This document shows, piece after piece, positions 21,930-33,000 of a stretch of 64,000 bases of DNA. A program made the translations under genes and the position numbers. The stretch comes from Mayamaea pseudoterrestris (Eukaryota). Numbering within the stretch: position 1 is the first letter of the stretch; every line of letters begins with the position of its first letter. The notes beneath the pieces are model-generated. The model was given only the letters and a program-made list of their open reading frames with translations, did no database searches and was not told the origin of the DNA. The stretch is from NCBI GenBank assembly GCA_027923505.1, contig BROI01000012.1:496001-560000 (forward strand), in the 5' to 3' direction.

Positions 21930-22748
21930 TCATAGATCAAACAGAAGTTCCACACGATCTTGGTCTATAAAATCAATGACACTCCCACCTGGTACAGTGA
22001 CATTCTTTCGCAGCAACTCGGGTGCCTCGATATTCTGCAAATACATGGCCAGCAAGCATTCGGCCCGACTCAGTGCAAACAACGGATTCGTCTCCAATTG
22101 CTTTCGTGTTGATCCGTTGTTCGGTTCCTCCTTGACGACGCCAAACAACTCCCACTCATTGTACTTGTCGAGTCGCGGCGCGTATTTCTGACATTGCGCG
22201 TACAAGTCATGCTCAAGTTGCACCAATCTTACGGAAATATTCACGACGCGACCGGCAATGGTTTGCTGCTCCTCGAGCGAGAAGGCAAGCTTCTTATCGT
22301 CGTCATGTGTCGTCCGCAGGGCAAGTGCGGAGGAAGCGATAGCAGCAGCGTCGAGTGCATACTGAAGAGTGGAATTGTTGCTTGACAGCGCGTCCTCGTC
22401 CATTAATGTCAAGGCGTCTTTTTCGTCAAGATATCGCTTCTTCAAGACTTGCGTCAAAATGTTGATTGTTATTGGATGAAGCGACGGCCTCACTCCCGAG
22501 GAAGCCCGAATTGGATCGCCTTTAGCTATATTCTTGCTGCTGCTTGATGTCTCGTCGAACTTGTCAGTGCGACGATCATGGATTGGCTGCGATGTTCCAG
22601 ACGAGCGTGTCACAAAACGAGTGTTTGCGGCGCGATTCACACCAAAGAATGGTTGGGAGATCACCGTTATCAATGACTGCACTGCTCGACATTCAAACAA
22701 TGCTAAAGCTAACACGACCAACAAGCGAGAAGGTTGCGTGGATCGCAT
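21930..22748 (-). CDS. Hypothetical protein with N-terminal signal peptide (possible plastid presequence)
   Basis: 272-aa ORF with ATG; hydrophobic LLVVLALALFEC leader followed by a Ser/Arg-rich segment; protein-like C-terminal half. Confidence 0.72.
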   Translation of the reverse strand: MRSTQPSRLLVVLALALFECRAVQSLITVISQPFFGVNRAANTRFVTRSSGTSQPIHDRRTDKFDETSSSSKNIAKGDPIRASSGVRPSLHPITINILTQVLKKRYLDEKDALTLMDEDALSSNNSTLQYALDAAAIASSALALRTTHDDDKKLAFSLEEQQTIAGRVVNISVRLVQLEHDLYAQCQKYAPRLDKYNEWELFGVVKEEPNNGSTRKQLETNPLFALSRAECLLAMYLQNIEAPELLRKNVTVPGGSVIDFIDQDRVELLFDL

Positions 22749-22832
22749 GGTTTGTATTAAGAATGAAGGGACACATTATGTGAGGATGCTCGGCCATGGG
22801 TCTGGTCGTTCACTTCGAATTGTTCGACTTGT

Positions 22833-23158
22833 GACGTAGTTTTCACTGGCACTCGTTTCGTGTTATTGCCTTGTGACGTAGTTTTCACTGGCACCCGTTT
22901 CGTATAATTGCCTAATGACGTGGTTTTCACTGGCACTTGTTTCGTATTATTGCCTACTGACGTAGTTTTACCGGCATGCCTTGTGACGTAATTGACACTG
23001 GCACCCGTTTCACAGTATTGCCTTATGACGTAATTGACACTGGCACTCGTTTCATAGTATTGCCTTATAATATAATTGACACTGGCACTCGTTTCGTACT
23101 TATGCCTTGTGATGTAATTGACACTGGCACTCGTTTCATATTATTGCCTCATGACGCA
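22833..23158 (+). repeat. 42-bp tandem array, 8 units (one truncated to 26 bp) plus a partial; copy 2
   Basis: Units start at 22833, 22875, 22917, 22959 (26 bp), 22985, 23027, 23069, 23111 and 23153; same consensus and orientation as 2236-2579. Confidence 0.97.
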
Positions 23159-24128
23159 TCATCCATTTGTTTATAAATTTCTCTGAGGTAGAGTGTACAG
23201 TGAACGCTTGAAGAACAACCCAGTTGAAAGTTGCAACCATGCTGTGGTCGGTCATGATGTGTTGGTGCTCTAGTGGCTCTATTTGCTTTGTTATGATCAT
23301 CTAAAATGTTGTTGTTCTTAACGATCAGATAGTTCAATAAGCCAGAGATGTGATGCTGTGGGCATCTTCAGTCTGCAATCTGCGGTGCAGTTGTTTTTGC
23401 CACATGCTCACGGCTCGCGCTGAACAACACTTTTTGTCCAATAACAATCGGAACTACCACCATGTTACGGTAATTTGCGCCTTGCGTCTTGCGCCATCGT
23501 TTTTCAAGTGAAGCGAGCGAAGAGGGTCAAACAATCAATATACAGCGCATGCTTCGACGCCGCCACCGGTCCGGCCACATGGCGTCGCTAGGAATTTTGC
23601 AAGCCGACGAGACAATCTTTTGGACTGGGCAGCGAACTGCGAGTAGAATTACAGGAAAAGGAAAGATGAAGGTTTTTGATATGATCCATGTTCAAGATAC
23701 GTACCGTACCGCTGTCGTTGATTTGATTTGGCACGAAATGCAAAACGTTATGGTGTGCGGTGTGCGACCTGTGATCGGCGACCGACGTTAATCGATTACA
23801 TTCGCAGTGTCCGATCGCAACAAACTGCATCGTCTACCGGTAGGCAAATGACCTGTATGGCCAAGCAAGACAAGAGGAGGTCTTTACATTGTGGGTTTTG
23901 GTGCCATGCCGAAAACTCGTCAGGACTCAGGACTTCGTGTTGGCGCCAAAGTAGAATCGTTTGCTTCGCAAATTACGCACATATACAACTAAACTGATTA
24001 GCACTTTGAACTTGGATAAAACTTCTATAGGTTTACGGTGGATACATTTAAGTCTCATACTCGGTCAAACGCTCCATACTCGCAACCCGCTCCATTCACG
24101 CCTCAAACCATTGCAGCGGCCAGCCCAA

Positions 24129-24943
24129 TCAACCTTCCATCGCAGCAATTGGAAACGTGCAAGCATTACTTTGGATGATTCCAACAATGATTCCAAAAAT
24201 GCCCAAGGCACTCGCAAAGATTTCCACAATCAAAATCTTGACAAAGAGACTGGCATCTTGCGCATCGGCAATGGCACATGAACTTCCAGCAATCCCAACG
24301 CTAATGCCACTTGCAATATTCGTCAAACCCACCGACAAGCCGGCGGAAAACATGCCGTATCCAGCGTAGTAGTAGCCAGCATAGTCCCAGTTCTGGTCCA
24401 AGTAAAAGCCAGTGTCTTCCGGCTTCTTGATTTTGTTGGCCAAGATGATCGCCATGATGACTCCGTAAATGGCAGTCGCCTCGCAGAAAATGACGCTGGA
24501 GGGATTGGATGTTTTGAAATGGAGTTGGATGGATTATAGTGAGTGCAAATAAAAGGGAATGAAGGCAGACGGAAATGAAGCGGCAGCCAGCATCGGAACG
24601 CCGCTAAATGACAGCGGCACGACGGACTGTACACCCGCTCTCTTTTTAAATTAACGCCCGACTGTATCGCTTGATCAAATACAATGCCTCTCTTCTCGTC
24701 GTTCTACTGCGACATGTCATTCATTGCGTACCTGATTAAATTCTTGGATCGAATGCGAGGAGCCTTGACCGACGCACCAACCAAAGAGCTACCAGTCAAC
24801 CAAATGCCCCAGGCGGCTCCAACCACACTCAATCCCAGACCAAAAGCGACTCCAAAACTCGCATAGCCATAGGGAGACATGTGTGTCAAGACTTCTGACC
24901 ATCCTTGGTTGCAAAATTCACTTTGGCAAACGGCAGAGGACAT
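24129..24943 (-). CDS. VMA16: V-type H+-ATPase proteolipid subunit c'', 2 exons (24943-24732, 24495-24129)
   Basis: [11 protein letters not shown]...[22 protein letters not shown]...[15 protein letters not shown]; intron 24731-24496 gtacgc..tccag. Confidence 0.93.
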
Positions 24944-25559
24944 GGTTGCAATTAATATTTCTTGTGATGCGAAGATGAAAGGAAAGGCAAAAAGGTCCTG
25001 ATTAAATAGCTATCAAGTATCAAGAGAATTATGAGCTACAAAAGTTTGTAGCAGTAGCTTCAATATAGTGGGGCAACGTAACGAGAGGCAACGCTGCGGA
25101 CTGCGGATGATTGCGGCCATGGTCGCGCCGAAACCCTCGCTAGTAACCTGGAGGCAAAAGATACCTTCCGCTTTATCTTCATCTTCGTGTCGGAATACTT
25201 CGTCAGTCCCGTGAGTCGCTTAGCCTGGACCGACGCGCACCTCTTCCAAGTCTTAGCGCGTCTCAATGCGACATGACGCGCAGGTGCTCGGAGACGATGC
25301 GACTGCCACCAACAGCAAGAGAAAGACTCATTCGCTGCAATTCCTCGCCTCCGTTACCTGTCCATATCTGACGGTACGAGATAGAAGAGTCGGCAGCGCA
25401 TTCTCAACTGAGAAGGTTAGCGGAGCCGCAGAAAACGATACTACCGAAGCGCGAAGCAAGTGCAAACCAGTCGCTTCAAGCCTTTGCTCGCAGCTCGCTC
25501 CACGCGTAGTCAAGCGAACACCTTCGTTTACTATCATTCATTGATTAGCTTGAAGCATC

Positions 25560-27563
25560 ATGTCGAATAATCCAGAGGAACAAGCGATGCTTGAATTTGT
25601 CAGCTCCTTTTCGACTCTGTCGGGTTCGCCTCCGGAACGCCTTGAAGATTTAAGCGACGGTGTTGCACTCGTGGAAGCGCTTTCGGAATTGTAAGTTGTG
25701 ATTTTTTGCATGCGCTCATTTTAAAACTATTGAAACGCTATGGATGCTGATTGAACTTTGCCGCTGGCGTTTGCACTCAATCATATTAAAATGTCGAACA
25801 ATATCTTCGCTCATGGATGGATCTATTTGTTCCTTTTACTTGTTATTTACAGCGCTCCGAATCATTTTGATCCAACCACCATTGCTCGTCACTTGGGTGA
25901 TAATTGGGCTCTCAAAAGTAGCAATCTCCGCAAGCTTGTTCGCAATTTGGACTTTTACTTCAAAACGATTCTAGCCAAGGATGCCAGTTCCGTGCTGGAG
26001 TTGCTGGATGTTTTGGCTTTGGCCAAGGATGCGTCTCAGCACAAGGCTCAAATTGCTACGCTGGTTGAACTATTAGCGGCTGCATCAGTGACATGTCCGC
26101 AGAAGGCGACCTACGTCCAACGCATTATGGAAATGAGCGGAGAGTCGCAGGTGGAAATGAAGCGCATGTTGCAGACGAGCTTGGGACAATTGACTGAGTA
26201 CACTGGTCCATTGGAATCAGATCAGTTGGAGGATGACGAAGATGATGAGGATGACGTTGATGGCAGCGAAATGGTTTTTGATAACGATGATGAAGAGTAT
26301 TACGACGAGAATTGTCCATCGGGTGCCTCGCGCAACTTGTTTGGATCTAGCGGTAGTCACCACTTGTCGATCGCTTCACCTGTTCCGCTTTCGAACATGG
26401 CTCGCATTGAGGAAGAACTGGAGCAGTCAAAACGACAGGTTGCATCGTTAAAGTCGCAAATGCAATCGCAGCAGCACGACAGCGATCGGGCGCTTGACAA
26501 ATTGCGCAACATGGTGGGGGACTTGCAGGATCGGCTCATGAATCGACAGGACGAGCTAATTCAAGTCGAGGAGGATTTGCAAAAGACTGTTTCGGAATTG
26601 GAAGAAACCAAGAGCAAACTTGTGGATGCGATTGAAGAATCGGCGCGATTAGCCGATGATTTGGATGTTGCTCAGGCCAAGTCGCATCAGCTCATCAAGA
26701 CTGAAGCGACTTTGCAAGTGTACAAGAAGAAATTGGAGCAGGTTGGCGGAGTGACACAGCAAATGAGAGAGGCGGAGGATCAATCTGCTAATTATTTACA
26801 GCAAATTATGGAGCTGGAAGCGCAAGTCAAGCGGTCAGCGTCGGCGCAAAAGCAAGTTGAGCAACTTTTGGAACAAATTCGACGATTGGAGAAGGAACGC
26901 GACGGACTGGAAGATCAGCAAAAAGCGAGTGCAAATGAGGTGGCCGACCTTAAGAGGGAGCTCAGGGCGGCAAATGATTCGAAGCGGTCTTTGGAAGATG
27001 AGTTGATGGAGCTCCGTGCCAAGCAAGAAGCTGAGCTTATCGAACAATCTATGCCGTTGACACCGCAGGCTAGAGGCTTTGATGATGACGTGAAACAGGA
27101 AATGCAGAGCAAACTATCTCGTTTGGAGGTGGAGAATGACTCGTTGCGTCGGCAACTGGAGAAGCTGCGAGTTAGTGGCGATGAAGCGGCGGCCGTAGCG
27201 GAAGAACCTGCTACACCCGTGGCAGTGCCGGTGACGGTCAAAGAAATTGAAGATCTTCAAATGAGGATCAAGCAATTGGAGGACATCATTAGCCAGAAGG
27301 AGACAGAGAACAAGAAAATTGTCAGCGACAAGGACAAGCTTGAAGCCTATACGAAGCGCACTCTTGCCAAATTCCAAGACAAGTACTTGGTTGCCTTGCA
27401 GGAATGCAAGCTCAAATTGAAGGAAAAGCAGGATAAAATTGAGGCGCTGGAGCAACGAAGCACTGCCGAGCGCACTGCACAGAAACGCGAGGAACGTTTG
27501 TTGTCGTCGACGATTTACGAATTGGGCATGGCGATTATGCAGTCTCGTTTAAAGGACCGGTAA
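25560..27563 (+). CDS. HOOK-family microtubule/dynein adaptor coiled-coil protein; intron 25691-25852
   Basis: N-terminal LEDLSDGVALVEALSE..APNHFD..NWALKSSNLRKL (HOOK N domain); long coiled coil; C-terminal REERLLSSTIYELGM. Confidence 0.82.
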
Positions 27564-27843
27564 ACGCTGAGGTAGTTGTGTAAATGTTATCAGTTATAGT
27601 CAGTAGCTACCAATGGCTGTTATTGCATGTATGTTTTTCCGACAGCATTTATGCATAGAAGGTGGCAATGTTGTGTAAGCTGGTCTTTAAAGCGATACGA
27701 ATAAGGACAGCTGCTAGTTACAAGATCTGCTCTCGTTAACACATAAATACGTCTTGTTGTTGTCAATAACTGTATATAATGCTATTACTTCTTAGCTTTA
27801 GTCTGAACCGAACAGCGCAATCATCATGCAAACCACAAGAAAA

Positions 27844-30000
27844 TCAAAAGCCAACCTCGAGAGCAAGGAGGACGAGATCGTCCTTCTTTATGCGATCCGG
27901 CGCATCAACTCCATTCACTTCGAGAACCTCGCGAATGCCAGCCTTTGTCATGGCGTTCAGGGCCGCTTCGTACTTGCTGCAAAGCTTGCAGATCAAGTCG
28001 TATTTTTTGGAGTCGCTTCGCGCAGCGTAGTGAAAGCCTTCCTTCAACACCTGGTGTAGATCGCCCTTGGTCAACGTCTCGTAATTGCTGGGATCATAGC
28101 GAAAAACACCACCACCAAACTTTCCTGTACGACACGGGCGACCGCTGCGTTCCAAAGTCTCACGCCAATACTGCATGAGCTCGCACAAGTCGTAGCTATT
28201 CACTGTGTTGCGGCAACACATCTTGTATCCTTTGTATACCAGGTAGAGGGCGGCCATGGAGAGCGGTAGCGCGGTATTCGTAGGCGTCTTCATGGCAAAG
28301 CCAGTTCCCGAGGCAAGAGGCATCGTGCCGTTAAAACAAATGCCGTTGGCCGCAGCAGGGTCCACGACAATTGACATGTCCAACGAAGTAGGCGCTTCGG
28401 CGCCATTATTGTCATTCACCACTGTCAAATTAATTAACGCAAGCGCCTGACGCGCATCTTCGTTTTCATTTAGGTGTTCAACCATCCCATCTTCATTATC
28501 TGATGCGATCGCTGATCTATCATTGCCATTCGAGTCGAAATTCACGTCAACCAGACTCCTCGCGGTAAACTCAAACACTGGAGATGTCTGAAGCGCACCA
28601 TCGTCCTCGTCAATTGAAAATTCAACAACAACATTGTCGCCATCCTTTTCCAACAAATTCGTGCCAGAAACGTCAAATACCTCTTCAATATGATACATAG
28701 CCTCCTCTGGCCGCGGCATAATGTACGTCACTGGCGGAGTTACCGAAGTAGCGACTCCAAGTGAACCATTTTTGGGAGGCACGACTGAATCAATTGCATC
28801 CTTCGATACCTGTTTCTCCTGCTTGGGAGCAAGAGCACTATCTGGCGCGGCTTCGTTCAAAATGACCGGTTCCAATGTAGACTCCAAAGTGTCTTGTGCT
28901 CCGCGATCAGGATCTTTAAGCGAACAAATCGTAACGTCCTCAGTAATATCTTGGGCCATTGTCGCGAATGGGTAAGCAACAACTCGAGAATCACAATAAT
29001 CCGAGGCGGTGTAAGTAGGATCATTCACTACCTTGTTTGATTGTGGCTCGTCCTTGGCAAAAAAGTTGTCGCGTCGTTTTTGAGTCAAGTAGATTAAACC
29101 AGATGTAACGCTGCACACAGCCAGGCCAAAGATCATGCCGTAAGATCGCATCGTAGCATCTGGCATAGCCACTTCATCGTCGCCATGGGCTTCGTAATTA
29201 TTGTCATTACTGCCGTTGTTTCCAATGATTTCGGGATTCATAATGGTCAGCACTTGATTCGGTGGCATTAATGCTTCCAGCTGCTGCTCAAGAACGTCTG
29301 GGAGCGGCGCCATGTCGTCGGTAGTGTTACGAATGCCTCCAGCGCCACCATTTCCGGCGCGGTGATTCGTCGATTCTGTACCTGCACCGAGGTCGTCACT
29401 GTCATTATTCGCAGAAACAATTTCGGCGGCGACGTTGCTGTCGATCGTGGTCGTGTTGGTGCTGGCCTGGCACAAGTCGCCTTGGCAGTCGTAAGTGACT
29501 GTAAACGCGTCGGTTGGTGCATCCTTGGCTTGATCGGCATCTTCCATGGCGCTTGTAGAAGCAGTTTCAACGACGAAAACTACCTTCTTGCTCGTTGTGA
29601 TAGTCACGTCATCTTCGTTGCGCGCGTGATTAACGTTTTCGTCATCGGCGGACAGCGTTTCCTCCGCAGCCTTGTCGACCTGCGTACGATTGGTAGAAGT
29701 CACTTCCTTGGGTTCCGTATAGTCGTTCGTCTTGATCGGCGTCGTTTCAAGCATCAATGAGACTGTCTTGGTCGTCTCAATGCCCTTGCCACCTACTTGC
29801 TTGTCAATCTTGGTTGAAACAGTAGTCTTGGCAGTCGTGACAATGGGTCTTGTCGTTTGCTGCTGCGGCGGCAAGGCTTGGAGAATCGTCTTGCGCTGGT
29901 CGTTCGTCGTCGTCGAGTCAAGGTCTTGAGTGTCTTGATGAATGCTTGCGGCATCAAAAGGAAGCGTCGGAGCGGGCGTCGGTAGCGACATGATCATCAT
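27844..30000 (-). CDS. Low-complexity membrane protein with C-terminal SAP/HeH-like helical repeats
   Basis: Long open frame (first ATG at 30000); TM segment YGMIFGLAVCSVTSGLIYL; C-terminal LTKGDLHQVL..KKYDLI / MTKAGIREVL..KKDDLV repeats. Confidence 0.68.
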   Translation of the reverse strand: MMIMSLPTPAPTLPFDAASIHQDTQDLDSTTTNDQRKTILQALPPQQQTTRPIVTTAKTTVSTKIDKQVGGKGIETTKTVSLMLETTPIKTNDYTEPKEVTSTNRTQVDKAAEETLSADDENVNHARNEDDVTITTSKKVVFVVETASTSAMEDADQAKDAPTDAFTVTYDCQGDLCQASTNTTTIDSNVAAEIVSANNDSDDLGAGTESTNHRAGNGGAGGIRNTTDDMAPLPDVLEQQLEALMPPNQVLTIMNPEIIGNNGSNDNNYEAHGDDEVAMPDATMRSYGMIFGLAVCSVTSGLIYLTQKRRDNFFAKDEPQSNKVVNDPTYTASDYCDSRVVAYPFATMAQDITEDVTICSLKDPDRGAQDTLESTLEPVILNEAAPDSALAPKQEKQVSKDAIDSVVPPKNGSLGVATSVTPPVTYIMPRPEEAMYHIEEVFDVSGTNLLEKDGDNVVVEFSIDEDDGALQTSPVFEFTARSLVDVNFDSNGNDRSAIASDNEDGMVEHLNENEDARQALALINLTVVNDNNGAEAPTSLDMSIVVDPAAANGICFNGTMPLASGTGFAMKTPTNTALPLSMAALYLVYKGYKMCCRNTVNSYDLCELMQYWRETLERSGRPCRTGKFGGGVFRYDPSNYETLTKGDLHQVLKEGFHYAARSDSKKYDLICKLCSKYEAALNAMTKAGIREVLEVNGVDAPDRIKKDDLVLLALEVGF

Positions 30001-33000
30001 GGTGTCAGCTTGTTCTTGTCGTGAGTGGAAAAGCAATGGAATGATTGCGGCAATAGAAAATAATGACGAGAAGAATCGAGAGCGACCGATCCCAAGCAGT
30101 CGTAAAACGTTTCGAGACCGGCATCGCCATACAAGACTATTGTTTAAGGTAGGAGGTGCGGTCCAAGTTTGGTCGAGCAAGACGAGCGTTGATTCATCGC
30201 TCGTTCAGTCACGCGCAAACTTTGCGAGAAATGACGAAATTGCGCCATGGTAGAGGCATCAATGACGGATATTGTTGTCCTCTAAGACCTTTATTAAGTC
30301 AAAATGAGAGAAGGGAAAGGCGCATCGTTGAAGGATCGATTGATTATCATGGTTGAGCGAGACGACGATGCATCGCCGGCGTGGACAGAATGTCGCAGCA
30401 GCATAGCTTTAATACCTGTGCGACTTTACTGATCGAAAATGGCATGATGATGGCATAACAAAACGAGATGCTTTTCTTCACCACCGCATACCATTGCTGT
30501 TGCTCAAGTAGAGAGTATTCTAAGAACAACAAGGGCTGTAGCTGCGTAGACAATGTGGGCCAAGGGGGCTCATGAACGGAAGTGATTGATTTGGTTGTCG
30601 AGGCGCATACTCGAGCATTAGCTCCTTAAGCTGTTAACTACAACCTACAACTCCTCCCTGCTTGGGAGCCTGGGGTTGTTTCGTCGTCAGATGAGCGACG
30701 TATGCTCCGTAAACTCCATCAGAGTTATAATGAAGTAAAGAATGCGGCAAACTCAGTCAGAGTCAAGTTTGGCGTCGTCGTCGTCGTCATCATCCTTCAA
30801 TGAAAGTCATGCCGATCCATTCTATTAAGGCATGCAGCAATTTCATCGGCCATCACAATGACGAACAAACTTCGGCTTGATCGGAGCGATTGGATTGAGC
30901 TGTGACCCATTTCTACCGGGTCGACGGCTGGTTGGCCGTTGATGCGACTTTGCATCGCGAATGTGTCAGACGCTGGCATTGGAATCGCTTCATTTCTTGG
31001 CGACACAAGACACAAGCGTGATATGGACGCGCGGATAGGCAACTTTTACAAGATGCGAGGCATCAACCTCGGTTCGAAAGTGTATTTTTTTATAAAAAAA
31101 AATTGGGTCACTTGGACCCTGATTAACAGTAAGAGAAGTGCGTGCGAGGCAATCCTTGAATTTGACAAGCCATTGTCTTTTCTTGGAGAAAAGGCGGTTT
31201 TGCGTTGGATATGCTTATATGAGGCCAAGATAGTGCATGATGCTGATGCTGTATCCCGGTCTTACAGAATATAATGATACGACGAATGTCGCCGGTGTAA
31301 ACTCAGCTTACTGTTAGTTGCGGGTACCGTATATACATGGCAATCAACCGGCAGAAGGGCCAAACAGAACTATAAGACGCAGTGACGGTTGACAATATTT
31401 ACTGACTTTCACAAATTGCTGGAGAAAATCTACAGCTGTGTAAGTGCCATATCACCAAGCAGCTTCTGCGAATGGTTGGCGATAGCAAAACAAGCAGGCG
31501 GCGGACGAAGCGTAACCGAGAGTATTGATTCTGAAAATTATAGTATGATTGTCTTTTAAGTCTTCACATTGATATACTGAGGTTACATTATGCTCCTTCG
31601 ACACTTACTTAGTATCTATAAGCGCATGCAGAGTAACGAGCCGAAGACAGAATCCATTTACAAAAAGCATCCTCCAACATTGACATCAATGTCGGTTGTC
31701 CAATAGCAGATTCGAGGGTCGTGATTCGGCTGGTATGAACAGCACAGTGCACTAACGAGTCGAGTCGGTGATACGTCCAGCGTCATCAGAAAGGGACTCG
31801 TCGCGAAAATAAATCAGCGGACCATGCCATGTGACCCACCTGATTGCGCAGCTGACACGCCGAGTATAAATATCAGCGCTCGCTCGTTGAGCGGCAGTAG
31901 GCCCGATCGAAGGCTTTGAAAAAATGGCCATTGCTGTTTTCGAAATCGAGACGAGCTACGGTAGAAGGAAGCATAAAGCGGCCAGTGAAAATCAAACAAA
32001 TCCGTCCCCCATCTAGGCGAGAAAGCACCCGCGAGCATCATCCCAGCTGTTACATAAATGGATCGTTCGGTGGAGGGTGTCATGCTTGGCGTGTTGCATG
32101 TTGCTGCCGTGGACCTTACGCGTTTGAATTAGATATCCTTTGAACCTTGCTTCGGTGAAACTGTCAGCCTTAATTGGTGCCGTCGACTCAACAACGGCAG
32201 TGCTTTTAGCGCTTGACAGTAGACACCATATGGCGACTAAGCCGCGAGGACACTCGGTTTCTCGCCGATAATAATTTGGTGGCTGCTGGAGCAACATCAT
32301 CGTAGCTTGGGCTTTGCGTTACCTTCACGTTATTTGTGAGCGAACAGGCTAAACTTTGAGACACCAAACTCGTGGTAGTCTCAGTCATCTCCACTCGCCT
32401 TTGAAGCGACCAAACTAAGTGCCATGTTTCTCATTGACTGTGAGGACAGCCGCAACACTAGTGCACATTTTCTATTCGCCTCGCACACTCGATCTTGCCG
32501 CAAATCAGTTATACATTGCTGTCAACCGCGACCGAAGCTAAAGCTCTCACATTTGTACGGGAGATTTTCCTCGTCTCAGTCTTCTAGGCGACAGTCGTGA
32601 CCGCTGGTCTGCCGCTTGTTCGACGCAGGTGACTTCAATGCCGATGGCAGCCAGTTGCATCAACTGAAGAGAGACGCGTAATTATTCGTTGCGCCAAGCT
32701 CAACGCCGTTGTTAAAAGTAACCTTTGGCATCGGCCACCAAGAAACATACGATTCATGCGGTGACAACTTATGTCAAAGCAACACCAGTCAACGGCTCTA
32801 CCTACTGGCGATTCATCGGTCGGCCAAAGCACAAAACGCTGGGCACCTTTTCCTAAACACACCAAACTGTTATATTATGAAGGCGAGCCATATAAATCCT
32901 GGCGAATTTAAGCTCAAGTCAGTCCACCAAGTGATTGAATCATTATCGAAATTTGTCGGTAAATGCAATAGTTTGCGAGGCGTGTTACTCGCTGACCAAC

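Noticed and set aside
22976..23176. ORF of 14-aa repeats (DVIDTGTRFxxLPx) read from the array
   Set aside because: A by-product of the 42-bp period; copy 1 has in-frame stops and a 43-bp unit, copy 2 a 26-bp unit.
25060..25550. tRNA/snRNA in the GC-rich spacer between VMA16 and HOOK
   Set aside because: No cloverleaf, box A/B or snRNA 5' signature recognisable; more likely a divergent promoter.
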